DNA of 64,000 nt from a bacterium (lineage in GTDB: Bacteria > Patescibacteriota > Minisyncoccia > Phycocordibacterales > UBA918), in assembly GCA_043719295.1 (NCBI GenBank), contig JAYSUD010000007.1, positions 891-64,890 of the forward strand, in the 5' to 3' direction. Shown piece after piece: positions 28,400-38,480 of this stretch. Position numbers and translations under genes: made by a program. Under the pieces are notes generated by a model that searched no databases, was not told the DNA's origin, and saw nothing but the letters and a program-made list of their open reading frames with translations. How positions within the stretch are numbered: the first letter of the stretch is position 1; the number at the start of each line of letters is the position of its first letter.

Positions 28400-28606
28400 A
28401 TTTTAATTAATATTGAATAATTTTTTTTCAAAGCATGCACACATAAAAACGTGCGCCCGCCATTCCATAATTTCATCCCAAACTACATTATTACGTGCAG
28501 TCTTGGACTGATAGTATACGTCAGCTAGAAAGGCTGTCAAAAATTCTCTTTCTATGATTAAATTACGAGCAAGGTACCCACAAGAAATAAATTATGGGAG
28601 GACTAG

Positions 28607-29011
28607 ATGGTTTATGTTCATACAAAACCAAACGAACTGAGAATCTTCGGAACAGTAGTTTTAGTTCATATTCCTAAACCAAAAATTGGTTGGGTTGGAA
28701 TATGGGTACAGGGCCACGAGTTCTTCACACAATACAACTTCAACACTGCACATCTACCAGAAGGGTTTAGACAACCAACTGGTCCAAGACTATCGATTCA
28801 TCTATTTGTTGATGAAGTTGATAGACCAACTCGACTATATATTGCTGGCCAGACTATTTGGCATCGAGGAGAAGGAGCGTCAGATTATGTAGGAGTAATC
28901 ACACCTGGTCCTGTTTATATATCAAGAGCTACACAAACCGATTCAGGGAGTTCTCGTTGGGGAATTGCACAAAAAAGAGAACGTCCGATAAAAAACCCAA
29001 ACTTTATTTAA
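28607..29011 (+). CDS. Hypothetical protein
   Basis: 134-aa ORF followed by a terminator; no recognizable motifs. Confidence 0.4.
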   Translation: MVYVHTKPNELRIFGTVVLVHIPKPKIGWVGIWVQGHEFFTQYNFNTAHLPEGFRQPTGPRLSIHLFVDEVDRPTRLYIAGQTIWHRGEGASDYVGVITPGPVYISRATQTDSGSSRWGIAQKRERPIKNPNFI

Positions 29012-29021
29012 ACAAAACTGG

Positions 29022-29053
29022 CCGCGACATAACTCGCGGCCTTGTTGTTTTAA
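29022..29053 (+). terminator. Rho-independent terminator (GGCCGCGA cataac TCGCGGCC + TTGTTGTTTT)
   Basis: 8-bp GC stem; same GGCCGCG stem type as 11961-11988. Confidence 0.5.
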
Positions 29054-29122
29054 AATAAGACCTATGAGATTCACAACAGCAATCTTGCAACAGGACACAA
29101 TCTCTGCTACATTAGTACTCAC

Positions 29123-29365
29123 ATGGAATTTATACAGTCTGTAGTGCTTCCCGTACTGCCATACGTACAAATAATTCTCTCTGTCTTTCTAACAGCAGCA
29201 ATCCTGCTACAGCAACGCGGATCGAGTCTTGGTGGCGCATTTGGAAGCGATAACTTTAGTTCAACATTTCACAAACGACGTGGTAGTGAGCTTTTCCTAT
29301 TCCGATTTACTCTCGTGACCGCAATTTTGTTTGTCCTATCTGCACTTATTACTGTTGTCTTCTAA
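29123..29365 (+). CDS. secG: Preprotein translocase subunit SecG
   Basis: 80 aa, two TM; AAILLQQRGSSLGGAFG matches SecG LLQ.GKG.GLG.AFG signature. Confidence 0.65.
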   Translation: MEFIQSVVLPVLPYVQIILSVFLTAAILLQQRGSSLGGAFGSDNFSSTFHKRRGSELFLFRFTLVTAILFVLSALITVVF

Positions 29366-29444
29366 ACTACAAAAGAAGGCTGTATCCATAATCTGAACCG
29401 ACACTTTTAACGTAGTGTTTCTATTAACTTTTTAGGGGGTATCT

Positions 29445-31196
29445 ATGGCTCTATTTAACAAAAACAGACGATTTTCTCTGGCACATACTTATTTTTCGTT
29501 TATAACGAGGCGCAAGATAAGTGACCGGCTTATTTTCAATGTTGTATTGTGTGTACTTTCTGTATCGGTACTTTTTGCGGTCCTTACAATCAATGCTCTT
29601 TACACACAGTCTGTCCCTACTTCAGGCGGAACTATAGTTGAAGGAATTGTTGGTACACCTCGTTTTGTAAACCCTGTGCTTGCAATCAATCGTGCAGATC
29701 ACGACATGGTGGCACTTATTTATAGTGGCCTTCTCAAACTTGATGAAAGCGGCAATCTTGTAAACGATGTTGCAGAATCAGTTACCGTTTCAGAAGACGG
29801 AAAAACGTACCAGGTAACATTGAGAAAAGGAGTATCGTTTCATAACGGGCAAGAATTAAAAGTTCGCGATTTTGCATACACTATTGCACTCATTCAAAAT
29901 CCAGATCTCAAAAGTCCTCTTCGAGGTAACTGGGATGGAGTTAAGATTGAGGAGCTTGGTGAATATGAAATGAACATTGTGCTTGAAGAAGCATATGCAC
30001 CATTTACTGAAAACCTCCTAACCGGCATCTTACCTCGAGAGTTATGGGACGAACTTCCTATCGAACAAGTGCCGTTTAGTCAGAACAATACGCAACCGAT
30101 TGGAACAGGACCATACATGGTTACCGATGTCCTTCGGAATAAATCGGGACTTATCAATGGGTACAAACTAAGTGCGTTTAGTGCCTCAAACAATAGACCC
30201 AATATTTCCACGCTCGTATTCAACTTCTATCAAAATGAAGATGAGCTCAAAAATGCTCTCGCAAAAAAAGAAATCGCAAGTACGCCAAGTCTTTCTCCAG
30301 AGTTCTTTTCTGAAGTGTCACAAGACACGTATCAAGTCATACAAAGTCCACTTCCTCGTACATTTGCAATTTACTTTAATCAAAACAAATCTGCAGCTTT
30401 GCGTGACGTAAGTGTCCGAAACGCACTTGCAACAGTCATTGATAAGGAGGCTTTAGTTGATACAGTGGTTAATGGGAGTGGTATACCCACAGACTCTCCT
30501 GTTCCCCCAGGGTTCCTTGCGGTACACTTTAACCAAGAAGAGGAAAATAAAGCTGAAAGCACCGTAGACAAACTCGTCATTGCACAAGCACTCCTTACTG
30601 AAGGAGGCTGGAGAAAAAACGAGCAAGGTATTTATGAGAAAGTTATTGATAGCAATAGAGTTACGTTATCAGTCTCGCTTTCAACTGCAAACACACCACT
30701 TTTTGATCAAACTGCGACGTACATAAGTACCGTATGGAAAGCACTTGGAGCCGAAGTCACTGTTTCACAATTTGAACAAACTGACCTCGTCCAAGCGGTT
30801 ATCAGACCAAGGGATTTCGAAGCATTATTATATGGTGCTGACATCGGACGACAAGTTGATCTGTATCCTTTCTGGCACTCATCGCAAAAAAATGATCCCG
30901 GACTTAACATCGCACAATATACCAACATTGATGTAGACGGATTACTTGAAAAGACGAGAATTGCACAAGAGCCAAATGAACGAAAAACTAGCATTGAGTC
31001 AGTAGAAACCATTATCGCGAAAGATATTCCGGCAGTATTTCTCTTTGTGCCTACTTTTGGCTATGTACTTGATAAAAGTGTTACGGTAACGCCCTTTACA
31101 AAGTTAAGTAAACCAAGTGAACGATTTGCAAATATTTCAGCATGGCACATGAAATCAAATAACGTATGGCCTATTTTTTCAAACACAACACAGTAA
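29445..31196 (+). CDS. ABC-transporter substrate-binding protein, family 5 (peptide/oligosaccharide-binding, OppA/DppA-like), membrane-anchored; no adjacent permease genes
   Basis: N-terminal anchor; SBP_bac_5-like blocks (…VSFHNGQELKVRDFAYT…, PIGTGPYM…). Confidence 0.7.
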   Translation: MALFNKNRRFSLAHTYFSFITRRKISDRLIFNVVLCVLSVSVLFAVLTINALYTQSVPTSGGTIVEGIVGTPRFVNPVLAINRADHDMVALIYSGLLKLDESGNLVNDVAESVTVSEDGKTYQVTLRKGVSFHNGQELKVRDFAYTIALIQNPDLKSPLRGNWDGVKIEELGEYEMNIVLEEAYAPFTENLLTGILPRELWDELPIEQVPFSQNNTQPIGTGPYMVTDVLRNKSGLINGYKLSAFSASNNRPNISTLVFNFYQNEDELKNALAKKEIASTPSLSPEFFSEVSQDTYQVIQSPLPRTFAIYFNQNKSAALRDVSVRNALATVIDKEALVDTVVNGSGIPTDSPVPPGFLAVHFNQEEENKAESTVDKLVIAQALLTEGGWRKNEQGIYEKVIDSNRVTLSVSLSTANTPLFDQTATYISTVWKALGAEVTVSQFEQTDLVQAVIRPRDFEALLYGADIGRQVDLYPFWHSSQKNDPGLNIAQYTNIDVDGLLEKTRIAQEPNERKTSIESVETIIAKDIPAVFLFVPTFGYVLDKSVTVTPFTKLSKPSERFANISAWHMKSNNVWPIFSNTTQ

Positions 31197-31271
31197 CGAA
31201 TATATATATACAACGCATTCAAATACGCATTAACAACTAAGAGCTACACGCTCATAATTAAAAATTACAAT

Positions 31272-33308
31272 ATGGAACAAAATAATCACAACGCACAAAC
31301 ACCGCGACCTACATCAGCTCCTTCACGAGGAACTACTCCCCACGCACCGCGACGACAGTACGCAGGCGCTTCACAACCATCAAGTCGGAGTACTTCATTT
31401 ACACGGCGTCCGTATGGAGCACAAACACCACGGCAAACAACGGGAGCCGCTCCTTCAACAAACCCTCACCAAAGAACTACCGGTGAGCGAACTTCACGAA
31501 CTACAGGTGCGCCGAAGCGAAGTCGTGGACGTAAAGATAACAACAGAGGACGAAAATCAATGACCAATCCTGCGTTAAAGCACCGGATGAACATCAAAGA
31601 TGAAAAAACACCAGTACTTGTAGAAGTAACCGACGAAGATACAGTTCGAGTAATCCCTATGTCGGGAGTTGAGCAAATTGGTCGGAACATGACCATTGTT
31701 GAAACAAAAGATGATATCCTCATCTTCGATATTGGATTCCAATTCATCTCACCTGAAAGTAACGCGCCAGGAGCTGACTATATTCTTCCAAACACCCAGT
31801 ATCTTGAAGAACGTCGCCATAAAATCAAAGGGCTTATTGTTACCCACGGTCACCTCGACCACATTGGAGGTATTCCGTTTGTTATGGAACGAATTGGTAA
31901 CCCACCAATTTACACACAATACCTAACGTCATTGATGATCCTCAAACGTCAAGAAGAATTCCCCCACATGGAACCAATAACAATGCACGTTATCAAAGAA
32001 GGTGATTCTTTTGTTGTAGGTAACACAAAAATTAAGTCTTTCCCTGTAACCCACTCTATTCCTGACGCAATGGGGATTTCTGTTGAAACAAAGCATGGAG
32101 ATATTGTTATTACCGGAGACATTAAACTTGTTCATGAGAATGGAGTTGTTGTCGTTGAAGAACGAGAAGCATGGGAAAAAGTAGGACAAAATAAAAACAT
32201 CATGCTGGTGTGTGATTCAACCAACGCCGATCAAAGTGGTTTCTCAGCACCTGAAGGAGTAGTATTCAAAAGTATTGAAGAAATCATTACTAACGCATCA
32301 GGCCGTTTGATTGTTGGTACCTTCTCCTCACAATTTGACCGCTTAACAAATATCATTAGAACCTGTGAGAAGCTCGGAAAAAAAGTTGTGCTTGAAGGGC
32401 GAAGCATGAAGAACAATATCGACATTGCAATAGTGGCAAAACTTTTAATTGTTGATCCCAAAGTGTTCATTAGTGCAAATGACATGCCAAATTATCCAAG
32501 TGATAGAATTGTTATCCTTACAACAGGAGCCCAAGGCGAAGAAAATGCAGCACTCATGCGTATGGCAACTGACAAACATAAATTTGTGACGCTAAGTGAG
32601 AGAGATACGCTAGTACTTTCCTCTTCAGTTATTCCAGGAAATGAAGTTGCAGTCCAAAAGCTTAAAGACAATATTTACCGTAAAAACGTTCGCGTGATTA
32701 ACTACAAGTCTGCAGCAGTGCACTCTTCAGGACACGGTAACGCCTCTGAGCTTGTATGGGTACATCAAACAGTAAAGCCAACATTCTTACTTCCTGTTCA
32801 TGGACACCACTACCACCTTAAGAGTCATATGTACGTTGCAATTGAAAATGGTTTCAAACGCGAAAACATTGTAGTACCTGATAACGGAACTATCATCGAT
32901 ATTAAAAACGGAACTGAACTTACTGTTCACAAAGACAAAGCACCAAATGAAATAGTGCTTGTTGATGGATTTACCGTTGGAACACGACAAGAAGTTGTGC
33001 TACGAGACCGTATTTCCCTTTCAGAACAAGGTATGTTTGTCATTATTGCGACCATCAATACAAAAACAGGAAAACTCCGAAAATCACCAGACATTATTTC
33101 TCGAGGATTTGTCTACTTACGAGAAAGCCAACAACTACTCTCAGAAGCACGTATTTTAATTAAGAAAACGGTAGAAAAAAACACAGAGCGAATGAACCCT
33201 ATTGACCTCGATATTGTCAAAGAAGAACTTTCTGATGTGGTAAGTTCGTTCTTAATGCAGAAGACGCAGAAGTCACCGATGGTTATTCCAGTGTTAATTG
33301 GGATTTAG
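31272..33308 (+). CDS. rnj: Ribonuclease J (metallo-beta-lactamase/beta-CASP) with ~110-aa basic low-complexity N-terminal extension
   Basis: VTHGHLDHIGG (HxHxDH), beta-CASP and C-terminal domain order; N-terminal R/T/P/S-rich extension. Confidence 0.9.
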   Translation: MEQNNHNAQTPRPTSAPSRGTTPHAPRRQYAGASQPSSRSTSFTRRPYGAQTPRQTTGAAPSTNPHQRTTGERTSRTTGAPKRSRGRKDNNRGRKSMTNPALKHRMNIKDEKTPVLVEVTDEDTVRVIPMSGVEQIGRNMTIVETKDDILIFDIGFQFISPESNAPGADYILPNTQYLEERRHKIKGLIVTHGHLDHIGGIPFVMERIGNPPIYTQYLTSLMILKRQEEFPHMEPITMHVIKEGDSFVVGNTKIKSFPVTHSIPDAMGISVETKHGDIVITGDIKLVHENGVVVVEEREAWEKVGQNKNIMLVCDSTNADQSGFSAPEGVVFKSIEEIITNASGRLIVGTFSSQFDRLTNIIRTCEKLGKKVVLEGRSMKNNIDIAIVAKLLIVDPKVFISANDMPNYPSDRIVILTTGAQGEENAALMRMATDKHKFVTLSERDTLVLSSSVIPGNEVAVQKLKDNIYRKNVRVINYKSAAVHSSGHGNASELVWVHQTVKPTFLLPVHGHHYHLKSHMYVAIENGFKRENIVVPDNGTIIDIKNGTELTVHKDKAPNEIVLVDGFTVGTRQEVVLRDRISLSEQGMFVIIATINTKTGKLRKSPDIISRGFVYLRESQQLLSEARILIKKTVEKNTERMNPIDLDIVKEELSDVVSSFLMQKTQKSPMVIPVLIGI

Positions 33309-33462
33309 TTTAAACTTCCAAATTCGGCGCATTTCTTCGTTGCCTCACTCATTTGCTCCCGCGCAGTAGAACTACTACAGCTTGGTCGCAAGCCTCGCTT
33401 GCGCCTCGAACTACATCCAAATTTGAAAGTTTAAAAAACTTAATCTTTATACATAAATTAAA

Positions 33463-33490
33463 ATACTATTGCTTAGCAATGGTATTTTTT
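33463..33490 (+). terminator. Candidate terminator hairpin (TACTATTGC ttag GCAATGGTA + TTTTTT) downstream of rnj
   Basis: Imperfect 9-bp stem with T6 tract, ~155 nt after rnj stop. Confidence 0.35.
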
Positions 33491-33616
33491 GTAGGGAGGT
33501 TTGTAGTTTCGACAATTACTATAGACAAAACAAATTTATAGTTATATTGTTCGGGCAGCCTAAGCCAAGAGGCTTCAATAAGTTCTATAAACATAACCTG
33601 AAGAGGAGTAACCCTA

Positions 33617-34087
33617 ATGGCTCTCATCCACGTTATCCAAACTGGAGGTACCATCGACAAAGACTATTTGCCCACTGACGAAAATCATGGGTACAACTTT
33701 GTTATCGGTGAGTCTGCATATCATTCTATCAGTCGACGAGCTGGCATACCTTACACCGTGGCGTTCACCCGTGCCTGCCAGAAAGATAGTCTCGATATGG
33801 ACGACAACGACCGAGACACCATTAAACGAATCGTTTCAGCAACCCGTGAAGATAAAGTTATAATCTTGCACGGAACAGATACGATTCAAGTTACCGCCCA
33901 GCACTTGACTAACATCACAGGAAAGGTCATTGTGCTGACAGGCGCAATGAAGCCCGAGCGTTTTCGTGATTCGGATGCCGACTTCAACTTTGGTATGGCA
34001 ATCGGGGCTACACAATGCCTGATTCCAGGCATTTACATTGCTCTTTATGGTTTTGTCGAGCGCTGGGATAAGTTCTACCATCGTTGA
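33617..34087 (+). CDS. Asparaginase/glutaminase-family domain protein (short, N-terminal-domain-only); GC-rich outlier
   Basis: HVIQTGGTIDK (TGGTI active-site motif of type I asparaginase family) in a 156-aa protein. Confidence 0.5.
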   Translation: MALIHVIQTGGTIDKDYLPTDENHGYNFVIGESAYHSISRRAGIPYTVAFTRACQKDSLDMDDNDRDTIKRIVSATREDKVIILHGTDTIQVTAQHLTNITGKVIVLTGAMKPERFRDSDADFNFGMAIGATQCLIPGIYIALYGFVERWDKFYHR

Positions 34088-34260
34088 CGCCACCCTTGCA
34101 AAGAAATTGAAAGGTACCCTTTCGTTTCGGCGAAAGGGTAGTTTTCTTTTACCTCCCCACCCATAATTGTCGAACCAACCCCAGCTCGGCGCTCCAAAAC
34201 TTGACAATACATTAGAAATGTATGTATCATTTTTTAGTATAGTCACCTAGGAGAAATGCT

Positions 34261-34652
34261 ATGATTTCCATTTTGGAAAAAATGCTCGCATCCTCACGGG
34301 TGCGCATGTTGCTAGTCGGAGTTGTGAGCTTGATTGTTTCCAATAGTTCATTTCTCGCTCTTATCAGCATTGGAGTTCATTACCAAATTGCATCAATCGC
34401 TAATTTCCTAGTGTACCTTGGGGTGAACTTCACCCTTAACAAGAAATGGGCGTTCAAGAGTCAGGGCAACACTAAGAAGCAAGCTGTGGCGCACACGAGT
34501 CTCCACCTTAGCAATCAACTACTCATAATGGTTGGCTGTGGGTACTAGTCGAAAAGGCTGGGATACACCCCGCTTGGTCACAAGCAATAATGCAAATTGC
34601 AGTAACGGCAGTGGTGATCATCATCACCCCAATCATCTTCAGGGACAAATAA
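34261..34652 (+). pseudogene. gtrA: GtrA-family membrane protein disrupted by a frameshift (or sequencing error) near 34530-34545
   Basis: Frame 1 gives TM1-TM2…NKKWAFKSQ…MVGCGY* (stop 34546-34548); frame 3 from ~34512 continues …WLWVLVEKAGIHPAWSQAIMQIAVTAVVIIITPIIFRDK* (stop 34650-34652) = GtrA TM3-TM4. Track ORF 34532..34864 is a third, spurious frame. Confidence 0.5.
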
Positions 34653-34803
34653 CCGTTTTCCGAAAGCCGTTTGGAGAGCGGTTTTCTTATTCCCTATCTC
34701 AAACAAAATTGTCTAACTCCTTTAAGCTCGGCGCACATCAAAAAAAATCTTGTACAGGTATTTTAAGAAAATCTATTTACATATCCTGTATAATTGTTGC
34801 AGT

Positions 34804-36021
34804 ATGCCTCGAGCTATTCCTGATGCGTTGCGCATTTTTAAAACAAAAGAGAGCAAAAACTTAACTCTTTTATATATTGCGCTTATTTTGCTCTCACTCC
34901 ATTGGGCGATGGTTATTTATATAAACTCATCATTTCTTGGACATTTTCTTCAAGCAACAGCGGTGAGTATCGTCTATGCGTGCGGTGCATTACTATCGTT
35001 ACTATTGTTTTTCTACACACCATCGTTGTTACAAACACTCGGTAACTATAAAGTCACTGTCTTTTTTACAGTCCTTGAAATTTGTGCCGTTATTGGCATG
35101 GCGGTTTCAATAACGGCACCTTTTGCAATCTTCTTTTTTCTACTTCATTTTATTTTGGTGCCCTTATTACTCTTTAATCTCGATATTTTTATTGAGACTG
35201 TTATTGGAACAACGGAAAAAAAGACGGGGTCGGCTCGAGGTCTCTATCTCTGCCTCCTGAGCCTTGCTACCGCCGTAGGGCCACTTTTAACTGGACTTAC
35301 AAGCTCTCATGAACAAAATTCACTTGGAAGTGCATACCTTCTTTCATCATTATTCTTAATCCCCTTTCTATTTATTTTTGTACGATACTTTTCCTCATTT
35401 ACAGATCCGCTCTACAACACATTGTCACTACCTAAAATGACGTTACTCTTGAAAGGTGACAGGAGTATCAAAAGTATCATCACAATTGGCTTCTTACTTC
35501 AACTCTTTTTTACGTGGATGGTCATTTATACACCACTCTATCTTGTTCAAACGGGTGGTTTTTCTCTCTATGAAATTGGACTTATCATGTTTGTAGGTTT
35601 ATCTGCATACATACTCTTTGAATACCCTATTGGAATTATTTCTGATACATATATTGGCGAGAAGAAAATGATGGCGTTTGGTTTTTTACTTTTGGCACTT
35701 TCAACCTCTTGGCTTGCCTTTTTACCAAACGGACACATTGGTGTCTGGATGTTTGCAATGTTTATTACCCGCGTTGGTGCTTCATTTGTTGAAGCAACTT
35801 CAGAGTCATACTTTTTCAAACACGCAAACGGCAAAGACGCCGACTCCATAAGTGTATTTAGAATGACGCGCCCCCTATCTTCTCTTGTGGGTGCGCTACT
35901 TGGAAGTATTACACTTTTGTATCTGCCTTTTAACTTACTCTTTATTGTTCTCGCATTTCTGATGGTTCCCGGAATTTTCATAACACTTTTATTGAAAGAT
36001 AGTTCTCTCCAATCAGACTGA
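34804..36021 (+). CDS. MFS-type transporter (12 TM predicted)
   Basis: Multiple hydrophobic segments with short loops; likely start MPRAIPDALRIF. Confidence 0.6.
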   Translation: MPRAIPDALRIFKTKESKNLTLLYIALILLSLHWAMVIYINSSFLGHFLQATAVSIVYACGALLSLLLFFYTPSLLQTLGNYKVTVFFTVLEICAVIGMAVSITAPFAIFFFLLHFILVPLLLFNLDIFIETVIGTTEKKTGSARGLYLCLLSLATAVGPLLTGLTSSHEQNSLGSAYLLSSLFLIPFLFIFVRYFSSFTDPLYNTLSLPKMTLLLKGDRSIKSIITIGFLLQLFFTWMVIYTPLYLVQTGGFSLYEIGLIMFVGLSAYILFEYPIGIISDTYIGEKKMMAFGFLLLALSTSWLAFLPNGHIGVWMFAMFITRVGASFVEATSESYFFKHANGKDADSISVFRMTRPLSSLVGALLGSITLLYLPFNLLFIVLAFLMVPGIFITLLLKDSSLQSD

Positions 36022-36051
36022 ATCTAAAATACTCCAATCGATTGGAGTATT

Positions 36052-36867
36052 TTAGCCGGGCAGTTGATACTTGCTTTGTATCTTAACAATCATCCCTTCC
36101 TGAATAAGATTCTCTACTTGTGCATCAATTCTAATGTCTTCAAATGAAGAAAGTTCAGTATGCAGTGTTTTTCGTGTGCCTGGCTTCTTTGTTAGTAGTC
36201 GAATCACTGTGCCTCTGATTTGTCTATCACTTCCCTTAAAAGAAGATTGTTTAGTATAATGTTTACTCTTAGTATTTGGGTTTCCAAATTCTTTCTTGAT
36301 GTATGAACCATAGTCCATCAACGCGTAATACCATTCTCTTGGATTTTGATTGTCACAGGTTAGTACGATATATCGTACTAATTGCGCATCAGAAATTTCT
36401 GATTCGTCTTTGAAAAAATGATGTAAAAAGACCGCACGCACATTTGTTTCAATGAGCGCAACGGGTGTATTAAAAGCAAATGCTAACACCGCTTTAGCGG
36501 TATACGGTCCGATTCCAGGAAGTGTGCCCAGTGTTTCTTCTGTCTTTGGAAACACCCCCTTATGCAAAGCTACGATAACTTGAGCACAAGAAAGCAACAT
36601 TTTTGCACGCCTGTTATACCCAAGTCCTTGCCATAGTGTAAGCACATCAGCAAGTGATGCTTTAGAGAGTTTCTGTATAGTCGGATACTTTGCTAAAAAA
36701 GCCTCATATTTCGGTATCACTCTATCAACCTGTGTTTGTTGCAACATCATCTCAGAAACCAAAATGGCATACGGATCACGGGTTTGCCTCCATGGAAGTT
36801 GATGTCTCCCGTTCTCTTTATAAAACGTCAGAACTGTAGCTACAAACTTTTGTTCTCTTTTTGTCAT
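36052..36867 (-). CDS. MutY-like HhH-GPD DNA glycosylase lacking the [4Fe-4S] Cys cluster
   Basis: LPWRQTRDPYAILVSEMMLQQTQVDRVIPKYEAFLAKYPT…LPGIGPYTA (MutY N-terminal blocks); no Cys after the GPD region. Confidence 0.7.
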   Translation of the reverse strand: MTKREQKFVATVLTFYKENGRHQLPWRQTRDPYAILVSEMMLQQTQVDRVIPKYEAFLAKYPTIQKLSKASLADVLTLWQGLGYNRRAKMLLSCAQVIVALHKGVFPKTEETLGTLPGIGPYTAKAVLAFAFNTPVALIETNVRAVFLHHFFKDESEISDAQLVRYIVLTCDNQNPREWYYALMDYGSYIKKEFGNPNTKSKHYTKQSSFKGSDRQIRGTVIRLLTKKPGTRKTLHTELSSFEDIRIDAQVENLIQEGMIVKIQSKYQLPG

Positions 36868-38229
36868 TTAAAATAAAGTTTTTTCTTCTCCATACCTTGC
36901 AATATATTGTGCTACATCAAACTTTCGTTTGCAACCGTTATAGTTCATATAGCGTATCTTTCCAAAAACAGGGCGCTCATTCCAAGCTCTGTCATGTACC
37001 CCGCAAACCGACCACATAACGCCCACTACACCGTTTGGATCAGTACCATCAAGTTCGTATTTGTCATTAAGGTACAGTGCAATGTCAATTGCCTGTTGCA
37101 CGTCTTTAGTCCACTCTACAATCTTTTTAGCCCAGTACATACGCATAAATCCATGCATCTTCCCCTCTTTGACCATTTGTAACTGTGCGGCATTCCAAAG
37201 TGGGTCATGTGTTTTCGCTTCCTCTAACTCTTTTTTTGTATACAAAAATTCACGAACATCTGCTTTGTGTTCACCTATGCTTTTTTGTGCCCATGCATGA
37301 GCACCTATTACTTTGTCGTAGTTAGAATTATAAAAACAGAAATTATCAGCAAGTTCGCGACGGACTATGAGTTCCTCAAGATACGTGTCTTTACAATCTT
37401 TTTTTGCATCGGCATTTTGTATCTTAAGCGCTATAGATTGTGCACCTATTTGTCCAAAATGAAGATACGGTGAGAGGTGCGAAAGATGGTTTTCATTGGG
37501 GTCGTTTCGTTTACGTGGATACGCATCTAACTTGTTTTCAGTAAAGTCTTTAAGCATTTTCTTGGCGTTTGTTATACCAGGAGATAGCCAGCTAACAGGT
37601 ACCACAGTACGATTTGTATCTATGTCTTCGAGTACAGAGTTCCAATTTATTTTTTCAAACTTTTTAACTGGTTGTAGCTTTTGCGTTGCAACTTTTGGAA
37701 ACGCAGTTAAAAATTCAGGTAGAAGGCGGTGTACTTTAGGACGAAATGTATATGCAGCAAATTCCTCTTTAGGACTCGCTATCCAGCAAGGGATAATGTT
37801 GTGTGCATCAACTTCGCTAAACTGCACGGGTATTTTTTTGGCAACTTTCTCTCGCCATACATCAGTAAAGCGTAGTGGATTAAAATCAGTCACAAGGTGC
37901 CCAACAGAATGCTCTTCTATATACCTGGCGATTGTTTCATTGGGATTGCCTTGAAGGAGTATGAATGGAATGTTAAGTACATCTAGTTCTTTTTCAACCT
38001 CTTGTAACCCTCCAAACATAAAGTTGTAGTGACGGAGTGTAGTATTTCCAAAAACAGGGACAAGGTTAAATAACACAACTAAGGGTACATTAGCTTTTAT
38101 GGCACACTCTTGCGCGTACAATAGTGCCCAGTTGTCTTGCACTCGTTGATCACGTTGCATCCAGTACACTACAGGACCATCGCCAGCAGGCTGATCATTT
38201 CGAAGTCGAACTCGTCTAACGTCAATCAT
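36868..38229 (-). CDS. phr: Deoxyribodipyrimidine photolyase, class II CPD type
   Basis: C-terminal blocks …GVVGVMWSVCGVHDRAWNERPVFGKIRYM…KRKFDV… characteristic of class II photolyases; stop adjoins MutY-like gene. Confidence 0.85.
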   Translation of the reverse strand: MIDVRRVRLRNDQPAGDGPVVYWMQRDQRVQDNWALLYAQECAIKANVPLVVLFNLVPVFGNTTLRHYNFMFGGLQEVEKELDVLNIPFILLQGNPNETIARYIEEHSVGHLVTDFNPLRFTDVWREKVAKKIPVQFSEVDAHNIIPCWIASPKEEFAAYTFRPKVHRLLPEFLTAFPKVATQKLQPVKKFEKINWNSVLEDIDTNRTVVPVSWLSPGITNAKKMLKDFTENKLDAYPRKRNDPNENHLSHLSPYLHFGQIGAQSIALKIQNADAKKDCKDTYLEELIVRRELADNFCFYNSNYDKVIGAHAWAQKSIGEHKADVREFLYTKKELEEAKTHDPLWNAAQLQMVKEGKMHGFMRMYWAKKIVEWTKDVQQAIDIALYLNDKYELDGTDPNGVVGVMWSVCGVHDRAWNERPVFGKIRYMNYNGCKRKFDVAQYIARYGEEKTLF

Positions 38230-38235
38230 ATTTCA

Positions 38236-38466
38236 CTATTTTACAGTGTCTGTTACGTCTTTATACTGAAATAAAGGGTTCTTTGGAATAATTATATATG
38301 CAATAAGATAGATAAGGAGCCCTGGCATGAAGCCAGTGATAATCAAAAAAACAACAAATCCAAATCTCCATAAAGTTGCATCTTGATTAAAATGTTCAGC
38401 AAATCCTGCAAGCACTCCCCCTGCAATACTGTCTTTTGTACTTCTGTATATTTTTTTTGGTTGCAT
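38236..38466 (-). CDS. PspC-domain membrane protein
   Basis: IAGGVLAGFAEHFNQDATLWRFGFVVFLII…IIP matches PspC domain. Confidence 0.65.
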   Translation of the reverse strand: MQPKKIYRSTKDSIAGGVLAGFAEHFNQDATLWRFGFVVFLIITGFMPGLLIYLIAYIIIPKNPLFQYKDVTDTVK

Positions 38467-38480
38467 AGTTTTATTAGATT

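Noticed and set aside
34532-34864. Track ORF MAVGTSRKGWDTPRLV… (110 aa)
   Set aside because: The GtrA C-terminal half is readable in a different frame; this frame gives a low-complexity, His-rich peptide and overlaps the start region of the MFS gene.
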